Source of the DNA: Mobula hypostoma
Taxonomy: Eukaryota
Direction of reading: 5' to 3'
DNA length: 64,000 nt
NCBI RefSeq assembly: GCF_963921235.1
Contig: NC_086102.1
Location: forward strand, 164,300,001-164,364,000
The translations under genes and the position numbers were made by a program. A model generated the notes under the pieces. That model was not told the DNA's origin. It made no database searches and was given only the letters and a program-made list of their open reading frames with translations. Positions 1-14,087 of this stretch are shown piece by piece; the first letter of the stretch is position 1, and each line of letters begins with the position of its first letter.

Positions 1-455
1 ATCAATGTACGGAAAATTAAAATCCCCTACCACCACAACTTTATGTTTCCTGCAGTTGCCTGCTATCTCTCTGCAGATTTGCTCTTCCAAGTCTCGTTGA
101 CTATTGGGTGGTCTGTAATACAATCCCACTAATGTGGCCATACCTTTCCTGTTTCTCAGCTCCACCCATAAGGACTCAGTAGACAAGCCCGCTAATCTGT
201 CCTGCCTGAGCACTGCTGTAATATTTTCCCTAACAAGCAATGCTACTCCCCCACCTTTCATTCCTCTGCCTCGATCACATCTGAAACATCGGAACCCTGG
301 AATATTAAGCTGCCAGTCCTGCCCCCCTTGTAGCCAAGTTTCACTAATTGCTACAACATCATAATTCCACGTGTCAATCCATGCCCTCAACTCATCCGCC
401 TTCCCCGCAATACTCCTAGCATTGAAATATATACACCTCAGAAGATTTCTACCAC
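1..455 (-). mobile_element. CR1 LINE ORF2 endonuclease fragment
   Basis: Reverse translation gives VVAISETWL, GGGVALLV, YYRPPN and VVVGDFNFP (APE endonuclease motifs). Confidence 0.85.
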
Positions 456-465
456 CACTCACTTT

Positions 466-1430
466 GTAGCCAGGGCATCAAAGATTATGGTGAGAAGGCG
501 GGGGAGTGGGACTAAATGGGAGAGTGGATCAGCTCATGATAAAATGGCGGAGCAGACTTGATGGGCCGAATGGCGGGCTTCTGCTCCTTTGTCTTATGGT
601 CTTATAATGATAGAGATCTAGAAAATTATAAGGCTAGCAGGAAGGAGCTTAAGAATGAAATTAGGAGAGACAGAAGGGGCCATGAGAAGCCCTTGGAGTT
701 TTCCTTAATCCTACTGGCCAAGTCATTCTTCAAGTATGTGAACAGCAAGAGGATAAGACATGACAGAATAGGACCAATCAAGTGTGACAGTGGGAAAGTG
801 TGTTTGGAACCGGAGGAGATAATAGAGGTACTTAATGAATACTTTGATTCAGTATTCATTACGGAAAAGGACCTTGGTCAATGTAGGGCTGACATACGGT
901 GGACTGAAAAGCTTGAGCATGTTTGTATATCCATGCACTCTTAATACTACTGTGACACTGTAATTTCCTTTGGAATCAATAAAGTATCTATCTATCCTGT
1001 CCCTCATAATTCTCTCCAGTAAGTCCCCAACTACTAATCTCAAGCTAAACTGTCCATAGTTCCCTAGCTTGTTCTTGCTACTCTTTTTAAACAGCAGATT
1101 GACATTAGCTACCTTCCAGTCTTCAGGAACTTCACCAGTGGCTACCAATAAAGCACATCTCTTTGCTAGGACAATTTTTGAACAAACCTCCCATGAAGTC
1201 CAAGGATGAAGTTAGTTAGGCAATGATGATTTATCCACCTTAATACACTGTATGGCTTCTCCACTTGTTCCCCTTATCTCTTGACATACTATTATTTTCC
1301 ATTTAAACCGCTGATTATTAAGGGAACCTACCGTAGTCATCCTTGTGTTCTTAATTTTGCATATAGAGCCCCTTAGGATTTTCCTTAACCTTACCTACGA
1401 GATCAATCTCATATACTCTTTTTGCTAGCC
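466..1430. mobile_element. Mosaic of CR1 fragments (3' tail, ORF2 pieces on both strands) and a (tatc)n-tailed LINE end
   Basis: CR1 3'UTR gggccgaatggc...cttatggtcttat; EVLNEYFDSVF (plus); GEVPEDWKVANV (minus); aataaagtatctatctatc at ~979-996. Confidence 0.8.
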
Positions 1431-1516
1431 TAGATGAGAAGGTCACTATAATCATGGACTTTGTCTGTAAGTATGTTGAGGACTGTGCATCAAATAGCAC
1501 AATCTGAATAGCACAA

Positions 1517-1656
1517 AAACAAGAAAATCTGCAGCTGCTGGAAGTCCAAGCAACACACACAAGATGCCGGAGGAACTCAGTAGGTCAGGCAGCATCTATG
1601 GGAAGAGAGTAAACCATCAACTATTCAGACCAAGACCCTTCATCAGGAAAACTGGA
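1517..1656 (-). mobile_element. Short Penelope terminal derivative (degenerate hammerhead)
   Basis: aagaaaatctgcag.tgctgg...gcagcatct...gacccttcatcagg family sequence. Confidence 0.75.
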
Positions 1657-1989
1657 AACCACAGGTGAACCCAGAAATCCACTCTTTTCTGAAGTCTAGG
1701 TCTGCAGCATTAAGGGAACCTACCATAGTTATTCTTTTATTCCTAACATAGCACATAGAGCCTCTTAGCAAGTAACCCCTACCTTTACAAGAAATCAAGG
1801 TATGATCCCTAATGCTATCAGATAGGCTGAGAGAGTACCAGTACAAACTTGGGTCCCAGACAATTGTGGCAGGGTTGCATGCTATACACAGGCTACAAAA
1901 CAAAGTCAGACAGCATCATCGACAACAGCAAACCCCGATAAGCTTTACACATAATATGCACATTCTGAACAGAAGGGAATGGGTATGTC

Positions 1990-4970
1990 ACCACCCTCCC
2001 CACCAGGCTCCAGTGCAACTAAACCCACAGTCACTGTTGCAGAGGTAAGATCAGCCTTCTGGAGAGTGATTCCCACAGAAAGCATCAGGTTTGAATGGTA
2101 TGTTTGATTGTGTACTTAGATCCTGTGGAGATCAGCAGGCAGGAATATTTGCAGACATTTTTAACCTCCTCCTGCTTCAGCCTAATGCTTCGCTCTTGCT
2201 TTAAGGCTTCTATCACGCTGCCTTAACGACTACCACCCAATGGCTCCGACATCTACCATCATGAAGAGCTTTGAGAGGCTGATCATGGCAAGCATCAACT
2301 CTACCCTTTCAGATAACCTCAGCCCACTATCAAGTTACCTACTCCCAAAACACATCTGTGGCAGACACCATCTCCTTGGCCTTATACCCATTTCTGGAAC
2401 ATCTGTACAGTAAAAATACCTACAGATATTGTTTATTGACTACAGCACTATATTCAATAGTATAATTCCAAGCAAATTCATCACCAAACTCCAGAGCCTG
2501 GGAGTCAACATCTCCCTCTGCAACTCAATTGTAGACTTACTGACCAACTGACTGCAATCAGTATGGAAAGGCAGCATCATCTCCACCACAATTACTCTAA
2601 ACACTATGCTCCACGAGGCTGTGTGCTCAGCCCACTGTTGAACTACCAGTAGACTATGACTGCTTGGGCAGATTCTGCTCTAAGTTTGCAGATAACACTA
2701 CTGTAGTGGGCTACATCTCAAATAACAATGATCTTTCTCTTAATCTCAGCAAAGTAAAAGACCTGGTTATTAATGTTAGGAAGGGGAGTGGTGTACATTC
2801 TCCTGTCTGTATCAACAGTGTTGAATTCAAGAGGGTTGAGAGCTTCAAGGTTATGACTGAATATTACCAATAGTTTGTCCTGGTTCAACCACGTTGACAC
2901 TAATACTTCCTCAGGAGGCCAAAGAAATTTGGCATGTCCCCATTAATGTTTTTCAAAACTCGTTAGATTCTGGACTAGTTCCTGAGGATTGGAGGGTGGC
3001 TAATGTAACCCCACTTTTTAAAAAAGGAGGGAGAGAGAAACCGGGGAATTATAGGCCGGTTAGCCTAACGTCGGTGGTGGGGAAACTGCTGGAGTCAGTT
3101 ATCAAGGATGTGATAACAGCACATTTGGAAAGCGGTGAAATGATCGGACAAAGTCAGCATGGATTTGTGAAAGGAAAATCATGTCTGACGAATCTCATAG
3201 AATTTTTTGAGGATGTAACTAGTAGAGTGGATAGGGGAGAACCAGTGGATGTGGTATATTTGGATTTTCAAAAGGCTTTTGACAAGGTCCCACACAGGAG
3301 ATTAGTGTGCAAACTTAAAGCACACGGTATTGGGGGTAAGGTATTGGTGTGGGTGGAGAATTGGTTAGCAGACAGGAAGCAAAGAGTGGGAATAAACGGG
3401 ACCTTTTCAGAATGGCAGGCGGTGACTAGTGGGGTACCACAAGGCTCAGTGCTGGGACCCCAGTTGTTTACAATATATATTAATGACTTGGATGAGGGAA
3501 TTAAATGCAGCATCTCCAAGTTTGCGGATGACACGAAGCTGGGTGGCAGTGTTAGCAGTGAGCAGGATGCTAAGAGGATGCAGGGTGACTTGGATAGGTT
3601 GGGTGAGTGGGCAAACTCATGGCAGATGCAATTTAATGTGGATAAATGTGAAGTTATCCACTTTGGTGGCAAAAATAGGAAAACAGATTATTATCTGAAT
3701 GGTGGCCGATTAGGAAAAGGGGAGGTGCAACGAGACCTGGGTGTCATTATACACCAGTCATTGAAAGTGGGCATGCAGGTACAGCAGGCGGTGAAAAAGG
3801 CGAACGGTATGCTGGCATTTATAGCGAGAGGATTCGAGTACAGGAGCAGGGAGGTACTACTGCAGTTGTACAAGGCCTTGGTGAGACCACACCTGGAGTA
3901 TTGTGTGCAGTTTTGGTCCCCTAATCTGAGGAAAGACATCTTTGCCATAGAGGGAGTACAAAGAAGGTTCACCAGATTGATTCCTGGGATGGCAGGTCTT
4001 TCATATGAAGAAAGACTGGATGAACTGGGCTTGTACTCGTTGGAATTTAGAAGATTGAGGGGGGATCTGATTGAAACGTATAAGATCCTAAAGGGATTGG
4101 ACAGGCTAGATGCGGGAAGATTGTTCCCGATGTTGGGGAGGTCTAGAACGAGGGGTCACAGTTTGAGGATAGAGGGGAAGCCTTTTAGGACCGAGGTTAG
4201 GAAAAACTTCTTCACACAGAGAGTGGTGAATCTGTGGAATTCTCTGCCACAGCAAACTGTTGAGGCCAGTTCATTAGCTATGTTTAAAAGGAAGTTAGAT
4301 ATGGCCCTTGTGGCTACAGGGGTCAGGGGGTATGGAGGGAAGGCTGGGTTCTGAGTTGGATGATCAGCCATGATCATAATAAATGGCGGTGCAGGCTCGA
4401 AGGGCCGAATGGCCTACTCCTGCACCTATTTTCTATGTTTCTATGTTTCTAAATCTTAATCGATGTTATAGATCCTATCTGGAAGCATAAATGCTTGGTA
4501 TAGCAACTGCTCTGCATGTAACTGCAAGAAACTACAGAGATTGTGGATAGTTCAGCACATCACATTCTGCGGGCTCTATCTCTACTTGTCGATGCCTCAG
4601 TAAACAGCGGCATAATCAAAGGCCCCCATCTACCCCAGACATTCTCTCTTCTACCCCCTTTCACTGGGCAGAAGATGCAAAAGCCTGAAAGCATGTACCA
4701 CCAGGCTCAAGGACGGCTTTTACCCCAGTCTTGTAAGACCACTGAATGGCTCTTCGTACAATAAACTGGACTCTTCACCTCAATCTACGTGGTTATGATC
4801 TTGTACCTTGGTTACTTGTAACAGCTACAGAGAAAGGGCAGTGCATGTTATTCGGCTTTGTTTATTTTCCCACTTTGTTCAACCTCAGTGCACTGTGTAA
4901 TGATTTCATCTGTATGAATAGTATGCAAGACAAGCTTTTCACTGTATCTCAGCATGTTACAAGATAAACC
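1990..4970 (+). mobile_element. Degraded Rex1/Babar-type LINE (1990-2940 and 4452-4970) split by a young CR1
   Basis: FIDYS..FN.IIP, GCVLSPLL and KFADNTTVVG relics; sequence resumes after the CR1 tail. Confidence 0.75.
2941..4451 (+). mobile_element. Young 5'-truncated CR1 LINE with uninterrupted RT ORF
   Basis: Open ~470 codons with NYRPVSLTS, YLDFQKAFDKV, GVPQGSVLGP and KFADDTKL; 3'UTR ending in ttctatgt repeats. Confidence 0.96.
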
Positions 4971-7900
4971 AATAATCTTTTCACAGTATAGATATCAAGA
5001 GATTCACTGTTCTTGGTCTCCTAAACCCTCCTCATTTTTTCTTAACCAGAGCTTCAATATTTCACTTTAGCCAAGGCCCCCTGAACTTGCCAGGTTTACC
5101 CTGCACCTTAAAAATAATATGCTGTTCCTGGACTTTCCAGACTGCAGAAAATTTATTATGCAGAGGTCATTTATTCTTTTTTTTAAAAAGAAGGAAGTAA
5201 TCTGATTGAGTTCCTCTATGCAAGCAGCAGCTTTGAAGCCAAAAATGTCTCAGACTTTATAGCAGATCTGACTGGGCTCCACCATTAAACTTCAGGAACA
5301 ATCCAGTGATCAAGCAGAACTATAAATGAGACAACAAATCCTGAACTTCTCCATTGCTAGGAACCATCAACTTCCACCAGTTAGATGCGGCCCTTAAGTT
5401 TTAATTGTACTGCTGTGTCTATCCAAAAGCTAGACTTTAGGGAAAAGTCATAGGAAAACAAATTGACTTTTGAAATATGATGCTAAAAAAAGATCAATTT
5501 TTTGGAAGTGTATAAAAAGGACCAAATGACCTACATTATTGCTTTTATTTTCTGTATTAACTTCACAAAACCAAACGAAAGAAGGGAGTGCAAGCTAAAA
5601 CAACTTAGACACAGATATCCAAGAGCTGCCTTTCAAAACAAGTTAAGTTTTGAATAGTATTAAGAACAACAGGACCCGAGCAGCTGAGACATCACAAGAA
5701 GAGCAAGATAGAAAGACCAATCAATGGCAAACCAGAGACCAAGTAGATGAACGACAATGAACAAACTAATTAAGGAAATGGAGGCAATAGAGGGTACGGA
5801 ATATTTTTTGAAAGAAAATTGATTCTGAAACAATTAACCAGGATTAAAGCTGGACAAACTATTTAAACACAATGGCATGCAATTTTGGAATTAAGAAAAG
5901 GTGGTATGAATCTGATGATAAATTATCAACATTCATTAAGATAGGCCAATCATGTCAAGGAAACAAAAAAAACATCCTACAGAATATCACTGCTCAAGAA
6001 AAAAAACTTAAGGTTAAATGAGTTATTTACAATTGTACAAACGTACACTGTATAAAATTTCTTATCCCATAAAGGTTGGACATTACATTAGAAACCTTAT
6101 GAAATGTTTTGAATAGAGACAGTATAGGTTCAAGATAGATACAATTTATAACTTCAAAAATTTTATCAAAATGTTACTTCAATACATTGAATTTTCATAA
6201 AATATTGATAACATCAGAAAATTCAGTTTTATAGTACCAGAAAATGTAGTAGTATGTTCATCATATCTCAGGATAAATAAAACTCTGACGATGCAGTATC
6301 TGGTGCAAACACAAATCCAGTTCAGCAACCGACCCAATCGTTATTCAAAAATGCAAGCTGAGGATCCAGATTGCAAACCAAGTGTGCAGCCAACGATGGA
6401 GTCCCGAGTACGAACTGGGTTTTTATATTGATTAAGACAGATCTAACTGATGAAAACTGCAGGTCATGAGGTACTGTGGGCCATTAGCAACAGCAGCAAA
6501 AATACAATCCACCATAATTCAATGAATGGATAAATGCCTACTAGGAGCAGTAAAGGTACACAAAGTGCAAAATGCTGAAACTTCAACAGGATTTGAGACA
6601 CACAGAAGAAGAAAGTACATCATGCAATAGACAATGACTATACAACCAATAAATCAGATCAAAGTTCTATAGTCCAGTCACATTCAATCATGAATGGTGA
6701 CAAATGGATAATGAAATGAGGAGGCTTTCAGTTTATACTCATCTTTAATGATTGGGCCCATTATGCAAGTACTAACACAAGGTTGAAGAACTTATAATTA
6801 TGTTTAGTCAAAACTGCCCAGAGAATGAGCCATTTCAGTATTGAGATCCCAGTCATCAGCCAGATTGACTCATTTCATGTGATATCAAGAAATCATTACA
6901 ATATTGAAATATTGCAAGAATTCTCATCTGTGTTATTTAAAGATGCGCGCTCCAGAAATAATATCTCAAAACAAATGACCCAGTACAGTATCAAAATGGC
7001 ATCCACCAACAATATGGAAACAATTATGGTTATAATTGGGTATATCATGTTCCTGAAAGCAAAACAATCCAAATGATCAGTGTAAAAAAAAAAGTGCTCA
7101 TGTTTATAATACCACTGGAGAGCAGGGGTGGGTTGTAATTGTGGTCAGGATTGAATATCTCTGCAGATCTGTAGTCTCCCATCGTCCTCTCCAAAATACT
7201 GGCCAATTCTGATGCAACTTAGTTTTTTTTCCTCCACATACTTGGCTGTGCTTACCCAGTGTTCTCCGTCATGTTCAAATTTCTAGTGACAGAATTTTTC
7301 CCCCTTTTTTTTTTATATATACCCAGTAGCACACCTACTCCAGCCAAATTAGTTACCATCTGCAAGCTTTCATCATGTTTCAGTCAACACGTTGTCATAG
7401 ACATTGTCTTTGTTGTCTCCAACTCACTTTTCTACATGTTTCACAATTTTTTCTCCAGTTCTTGAGGAAACTTATCAACTCAAGATACTTACGTAATGCC
7501 CTGGTAAAGATTTGACTGCTAATGTTATAGGGTATTTTATGTAATAGTTTTTGGTCGAAGCAGTATGTTCTGCTGGTAGTGTATGGTTTACCATTAAATA
7601 TGAGTGATGCTTAGAAATGTGTCATCCATTCAGCAAGGTGGAACTAGGAGAAGCTTCTAGAGAATATTAGGGGAGAGGTTTTGTGATGGACACTGAGGTG
7701 GGTTGAGGTCTTTTTCAGCGGGAGTTGAAGAGAGAAGAAGCTTGAGAGAACAGGTCGTAGGATTCTATGGATGGAGTCCAAGAGGGGGAATTCTACTGGG
7801 GATCGGTGAATATGAATTGGTGCTGTGAGTAAATCAGACACATTGGATTGTGGAAGATCTGAGCTCCAGCCTGTGCACATTTGACTGTCTAATTAGAATG

Positions 7901-9845
7901 TGCCCTTTTTGTTTTTTCTCCCCTTCCTTCAATAACTCTGGTTAAGTTTACATTCATAGATATACTTTCTTTATAATTGTATGCAGTGTACGATTGGTTA
8001 TTTCTTGCTGACAGGTGATTGCATGGGGCAGTAAATCACACAGTATTCACACAAACCTTGGTTGGGTGGGCAAGACATCCCAACCTCACAGGTTTGGTGG
8101 GACCCAAGTCATATCTACCCTCGACGTATGGAGTCTAAGTTTTCTCAATGCCGAGTCCAGTGGCTGTTTGCGAGGGGCTAACAAGCCGCATTGCTAGAGA
8201 TGCCCAGTATAAAGGAGTTTCACTTATTATTACTTTCTCCATATTTGCTCCCCATCTGCTAACTATTTTTATTTCAAGTTTCTAGAATCTGCATTTTTGT
8301 TGCTTTTCAACTGTAACAAGATCGATAGTGCTAATGGTTACCAGTCTAGATAAGAATAAAATTAGAATGCCAGTACATATTTCTATCAGAATCATGATGG
8401 CAGAATTCTTGAAAATGTTCAAAACGCTTTGCTGCTGAATGTATTGGATAAATATTGCTACATGAGTAGGTATGCTAGAAGAACTTCAATCTAATAATTC
8501 TCAATGCATCTTGGGCTCCAGTTGCAACCAAATTTCCCTGAAATTCATCATAAATTTAAGCATCTTTAAACTAAATTTGATAGTAAACAAAACTGCAAGA
8601 TTTTTAATTCTGAAGATTTTATCTATTTTCTAGGATCTGCATTATGAAAGTTACCACGGGATTTCTAATCCTGCTTTCAACAAATCCAAGAAACATTCTT
8701 AATTTCTTATGGATCTATTAGCAGCCAAGCGCAAGTAGACCAATAAATTGATATTTATAGACTGTTGTTTTGACTTATTAGATCACACTAAGTGGTATCA
8801 TTACATGCCACTTTCAATTAACCACATTACGAGCAAGCAACATTAAATATAGAAAGTGCATTTCCAGTCCAATATTATGAGCTAACTAAATGCCAATGAT
8901 ATTTTATAACAATTAATTTACTTATCTTTCAATAATTGTATTTATATATAAATTGTCTCTATTTTCACTCTGATCAAACACAAAGCAAAAATAAACAGCC
9001 TCAAACTACAAATTGGATTAACAGCAATGCACTGGCACCCAGTTTAGTGATACTCCTTAATGGGGTGATTACTGTTGTACTTGATCTTTCAGTCCATTAC
9101 TCACAATTGCACATTGCAATAATGCCATCTACTCAATCAGTGCACTGTGATGTTGTGAACCCAGCACAAGCCACTGTCTTCCTTGCTGCTGCTTTGTCCT
9201 ACATTTAGTGGTTTTCAACCAAACACAGCAACTTTGAACAGGAGAGAATGCAGGAAGCATTCATTCAGTCAGTCCACAAAGGCACCAGCCACTGGTAACC
9301 CCAGCACTGCAGCAAGCACTCATCATGCCAGCCGTGGCACAGTCCCTGAGCCATGCATCGCAGGAGTGAGTACAGTAGTTGCACAACTCTGCAAACTAGC
9401 CTAACATAAGCCCTCAGCCCCTGTACATTGCCATAGTGCAAGTTATCGTTCTTAATGGCTCCCTTCAACTGAACAGAGTAATGTGTCATTGCACACATAT
9501 CTAAGGCCAGCACAAGGATATTCTGTAGCTGATAATAATCACTAGAGAATTCCAGACCTGGTGGATAATGCATTTTCCTCAGAATGATGGAAGAGATTTG
9601 TTTAAAAAAAATGTATTGTGTTTTTCTCAGGATCTTTTCTATAGTTTTCTAAAATTAATGCACGTGACAAAAAAAATGGCAGATCTCAGTTGCAACTTGC
9701 ATAATTAACCAGTGCGTGTGCAAACTGTAAATAGAAACACTCACTGAGAGGTCCTTGATTATTTTGTCCATATTATTTTCTAATTCCAATGCTATTAGCT
9801 TAAAATTCCAGAGTTTACCTTGGTAGACAAAGTCCCACTATTACA

Positions 9846-10034
9846 CACACAAAAAAAAACGCTGAAGGAACTCAGTAGGTCAGGCAGCATCTAGGACTGG
9901 AGTCCTAATGAGGGGTCTTAGCCCAAAATGGCAACTCTTTATTCCACTCCATAGATGCTGCCTGACCTGCTAAATTCCACCAGCAGTTTGTGTGAGAGAC
10001 TCTGGATTTCCAGCATCTGCAGAATCTCTTGTGG
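9846..10034. mobile_element. Fold-back Penelope terminal derivative with 12-bp TSD
   Basis: Inverted arms (aggtcaggcagcatcta / tagatgctgcctgacct); flanks cccactattaca (9834-9845) and cccattattaca (10035-10046). Confidence 0.8.
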
Positions 10035-13000
10035 CCCATTATTACAAAGATTTTCCCCTGCAATAAGTGCATCTACATTGCCAAAATCACTTGTTTCTCC
10101 ATTGTTTGATTCTCTTCACTCCACTTCAAGCAATAACAGATCCTGCACAAAACGAATTTTTATTTACATAATTAGGCTCTCGATATATTAAGCTACATTA
10201 GGGTTCGGAAGATTTATAGCCAATATTTAGTTTGCAGTTCATTCCACAAGCCACATTTTATGAATGAACCATCATGCTTTTTCATTATTATTAGTGCCTC
10301 TTGATTATTGATTTAATTATATTTTGCATTAACAGCACTTTAATGCGTTTCTCTGTACTCTCTTTCTCTTCACCCCGTCATTCGACCCTTCAATATCCTT
10401 TGCTTTAATCGTAAATTTACTGGTCTCAGGGCAAGACTTGCCAAGCTACCTTGTATTTTAGACAGTTTTTTTTCCCTTTTGAAATCTTAAACTGGATTGC
10501 AAAAGAACTTTTTAAACATAAGCACACTTTTTTTAAAAATAGATAAAACAGCAACATAAATACGTAATCAATTCATTCCTATAATTGACAAAAAATGCCA
10601 ATTAATGTCTAGGGCAGCTTGTCAGACTCTCTTATTGGGGATGGTCCTTTACCCAGTACTCCTGCAGCAATGTTCTGGGACTTACATAATTGATCTTTAA
10701 CAACTAAAACATGTTTTCTTTAGTTCATGGTAGGATCCAAATATTGCGATCATTGCCCCTTGGTGCCTATTGACATCCAGGGCTCTTGACAATTCGCTGA
10801 TGTCATGTAGAGTGAAATGAAATTTCAGAAGACTGGCATCTGATGCTGGAGATCTCAGGGAGAAGCCAAGATGGATTATACCACTTGGCATGCGACTTCG
10901 CATCTATCTGTATTGAAATTAATATAGCAATTACATTAACATTTTACAAATTCATATGACCCTACACTTACAATTTTACCTATTCCAACCCAAGTCGAGT
11001 GATCACTAGTTCTAAAGTTGAATTTCTCATTCTGGAGCCCAAAAATTGAATCAAATTATAACTAGATGGTCTCAGCATTGACCAACCATTTTAGATTATC
11101 CATCTGTTCAAAAACTTGACTTTGAACTTACAAAACGATACACAACACAGCACCAATATTTCCCAATCTAACTGCAGGGCTAGCCAAGACTTTGAAGGTG
11201 CTGCAGTTAGAAAGATGAAACAGTGTAATACAGTATGAAAGGCATTTAGAAACTAGAATTGTATTGTGAATGAACAATTCAAAGTCTGAACCAAAAACAA
11301 TAATTAGAAACTTGAGAAAGACTACTTATAGCAATTTTTTTCACTTTATAAAAAAAAGTGTCCTTTATAGAAATTTAGCACTTGTCAATTAATATCTACT
11401 GTGCACATTTGTGATCTTCATAACATTCAAAGCTTTCGACTAGCAAGTTAGACAACAAAATGCCACTTTCACAAAGTAGTTAGCAATTACTGTCTGAGAC
11501 AACAACTTCCAGATTTTAGCGTTTAATTACACAACTTCTCTCATGAACTGGCTGTACAAGTTGTGCATAAATAAAAGTGAGCACCATACACCTCAACATT
11601 ATTCCGAAAGTAAATTCTTGTTCAAAACTACATACTAAAAAATAAAAATAGTCAAATTTTTTTGGATAGAACTGACCCACCAACAAAATCCACCAATATT
11701 TACACATTGTTTATCACAAAGTACAGTTTCCATGCAATTACCCCAATTTCAATCAGAAAAATGATGATCCACAATGACATCAAGTAGCACTTACTCTTCC
11801 ATAACTTACTCACTGATGTTCAGTTTAGTTTTTGCCAGTGCTACTTGGTTCCAGACATCATCACAACCTTAGTCCAAACACAGACCAAAGAGCTGAACTC
11901 CCAAGAGTGAGAACGACTGCATTTACCAATTAAGGTAGAGACAGTAATTGAACACTACATGATGAGCACTTAAGATAAAATACTCCAATGGATGGCATCG
12001 TACTTCATGCAAAGGAAGAATGTTGCTAAAAGGTGAGTCACCAGCCCTAGGACAACACCGCACGAGGAACTCACAAAGTGCTGCAGGAACTCAAGGTCAG
12101 GCAGCATTTGGCAACACTGCACAAATTGCTCAGCACTTATCTTTATCCTTAGCTGCCTCAATGGCCTTCTATCAGAGGGTTAAAGCTGTAAATATTCACT
12201 GGTGATTGAACAGTTCCATTTATACCACTAAATGTCAGGTATATTCAACAAGAGAATTATCCACCTGCACTTGACATTCAGTGTATTACCTTCACAGTCC
12301 CTCACCATGAACATTCTGGTGCTCATCACACAAATGAAACAAATAAATCACTTGCCTCCTAACACTCCAAACCCTTTCCACCATCTACAAGATACAAACT
12401 ATGAAAGTGATTGCATACTCTGCACATGCCTCCAACAATTCTCAAGAAACTCAGTTCTATCCAGGCCAAAGCCACCTATTCAATCCATACACCACACACC
12501 ACCTTAAATATTCATTCCTTCCACCAGCACACACAGGGACTATAATACATACTGACAGTTACAAATGGAAGAATATTCAGCTGTAAGGGGAAAGCACAGC
12601 ATTTCTGAAGACACAAATGTGACTCCAGCACGGTATACAAGAAAGGACAGGCAAAAAGGAAGAAGTAGATTGGTGATGCTAACTTGAAGAGATATTTGAA
12701 AAATTGAGGAAGGTTATCAGCCTGAAAAAGTGGAATTTGTTGGGGTATAGTAAACAAATACCAAAAGAAATATTTGTGGCATTTGTCCACAAACTCCCAA
12801 CAGTAGCAGTGAGGTTGACACTGTGGAAAGTTAGAGTGTTGAAGAAGTATACAACTGCAAATATGGGCAACTTTAATTTACATATAGAATAGGCTAACCA
12901 AATTATGAGCACTACTACATATTGGAATTCTACCCTACAAAACGGAAGATGTGCAGAGTAAATCAGATGCTTTTCAGGACCAGTACCCTGAAGAACCAAT

Positions 13001-14087
13001 TCAAGTGCAAGCCAGCCTTGATTGGTATTATGTATTGTAAAAGGATTGACAGGTAAAGACAACAAAAAAATTGAGCATAAAAGTAATAACAGTCACGAGA
13101 AAGAATTTATAATAGGGAACAAAGCTTTCTCTACTTGAGGTATTGATTACAAGAGTAGACAGTTTGGTCAGACTTCAGTTGGGATATTGCTTGAAGTTCT
13201 GGCCACCAGTTTAAGGAGAATATTAAAACTGATAGAGAGGGCATAGAGAGCTTGCACAAGGATGTTGCCTGAGATGGACTGTTTCAGTTATGAGGACAGA
13301 CTAGGTCTGTATTTCATGGAGCAGAGGGGATTAAGAAGGAACAAGATGAGGATTATAGACAAGATAAACTACAGAAAACTTCCCAAGAGGAAGAAAACGT
13401 AAATTTTAAGTAAAGGGCATGAAATTTGGAGGGGATCTGAGGGGTCTTGGAATTTACCGCCCAAGAGAGTGATAGAAACAAGAGTTGCTGGCATCACTGA
13501 AAAATCCAAACAAGTATTTGAATTACCTAGACATTGAAGGCTATGCTCCAAGTACTAGAAGATGGGGTTAATACAGATAGGTGTCCACTGGTTAGCATGG
13601 ATGTTTCAGGTCAAGCAGCCGGTTTCCATACTAGATGACTATAAAAGAAATAGCATCCCAATTAACAAATACTGTGGGTCAACTGTATCTTCACAAAGAA
13701 GGGCACAAATAAAGTTCCAGAAATGCTGGGAACCCAGAATCTGTTTAAAAGAAAAAGAAAGTAGGGAAAAAGCATTAGGAAAATTAATAGGATTGTATGC
13801 TGATAAATCCACAAGGCCCATAGTATGTACCTGTTAGTGAATAAAATGCTGGCGTCCATTATTAAAGACAATAATGGAATAGAGAAAGAATAGGGAAATC
13901 ATGCTTGACAACTTTACTGAATTGTTTTGAAGATGGATTGGAGAGATTTGATGGATATGATGTTTTTGAACTTCTTTTTAAAACAAGAGCCCAGAAAGAG
14001 CCAAGTTGTTTAAAAATAAAGCACATGAATCTGGGCCAGTGTGCTGTTGTGGGTCATGCCTCGTTACAGTCTGGAAGCAGAAGAAAT

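Noticed and set aside
2894-4354. 486-aa ORF as a host gene
   Set aside because: It is CR1 ORF2; the first ~16 codons are chance in-frame Rex1 sequence with a TTG start.
7620-8210. Possible solo LTR (also ~28090-28460)
   Set aside because: Composition is suggestive, but no convincing termini with TSD were found.
10686-10907. Minus-strand segment bounded by cag...gtaag as JAZF exon 2
   Set aside because: Stop codon in the required phase and no similarity to DTDPRVLEKQE.
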